DNA of 64,000 bases from Mobula birostris (lineage: Eukaryota): assembly GCF_030028105.1 (NCBI RefSeq), contig NC_092383.1, forward strand, positions 81,797,921-81,861,920, read 5' to 3'. Shown here in pieces: positions 63,786 to 64,000 of this stretch. The position numbers and the translations under genes were made by a program. Within the stretch, counting starts at the first letter, position 1, and the number at the start of each line of letters is the position of its first letter. The notes beneath the pieces are model-generated. The model saw nothing but the letters and a program-made list of their open reading frames with translations. It was not told the origin of the DNA and made no database searches.

Positions 63786-64000
63786 TGAGGGGTGATTGAT
63801 AAGTTCGTGGCCTAAGGTAGAAGGAGATGAGTTATACAGCTCTCGTTACATGCACTTGCAGTTCAACTCTTTGAGTGATATTGCAGAAAGTTTGAAGTTA
63901 ACCCCTTCTACCTTAGGCCACAAACTTACCAATCACCCCTGCTGTGGACCACTTCTACAAAGAAGGGATCCATATGCTCCACGACCGCTGGATTAAGTGT
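63786..64000 (+). mobile_element. Mariner-derived non-autonomous element running off the window end
   Basis: TA then a 37-bp inverted repeat (63788-63824 vs 63904-63940, 2 mismatches), then DHFYKEGIHMLHDRWIKC, resembling a mariner transposase C-terminus. Confidence 0.85.

Overview
Vertebrate genomic DNA whose repeat content (V-SINEs, CR1, Rex/Babar-like LINEs, Penelope-like elements) points to a cartilaginous fish, probably a ray; the taxon is an inference. The one protein-coding gene found is DSTYK on the + strand. Eleven GT-AG coding exons (14641-37752) splice into a single open frame of 713 aa plus stop, with a complete kinase domain. The first exons appear to lie upstream of the window. 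About 6 kb free of recognisable transposons follows the stop codon and is probably a long 3'UTR. The rest is a dense, nested mosaic of mobile elements with a 174-N gap. Best leads: (1) 100-140 bp Penelope-derived inserts with target-site duplications that carry intact minimal hammerhead ribozyme cores; (2) a compound DNA transposon built from two ~65-bp Tc1 mini-MITEs flanking captured DNA, with related extra-TIR architecture in two other Tc1/mariner families; (3) a near-perfect 44-bp intronic hairpin; (4) a possible early stop or readthrough at the DSTYK C-terminus. Repeat family names come from motif recognition, not database searches, and repeat boundaries are approximate unless a TSD is given.
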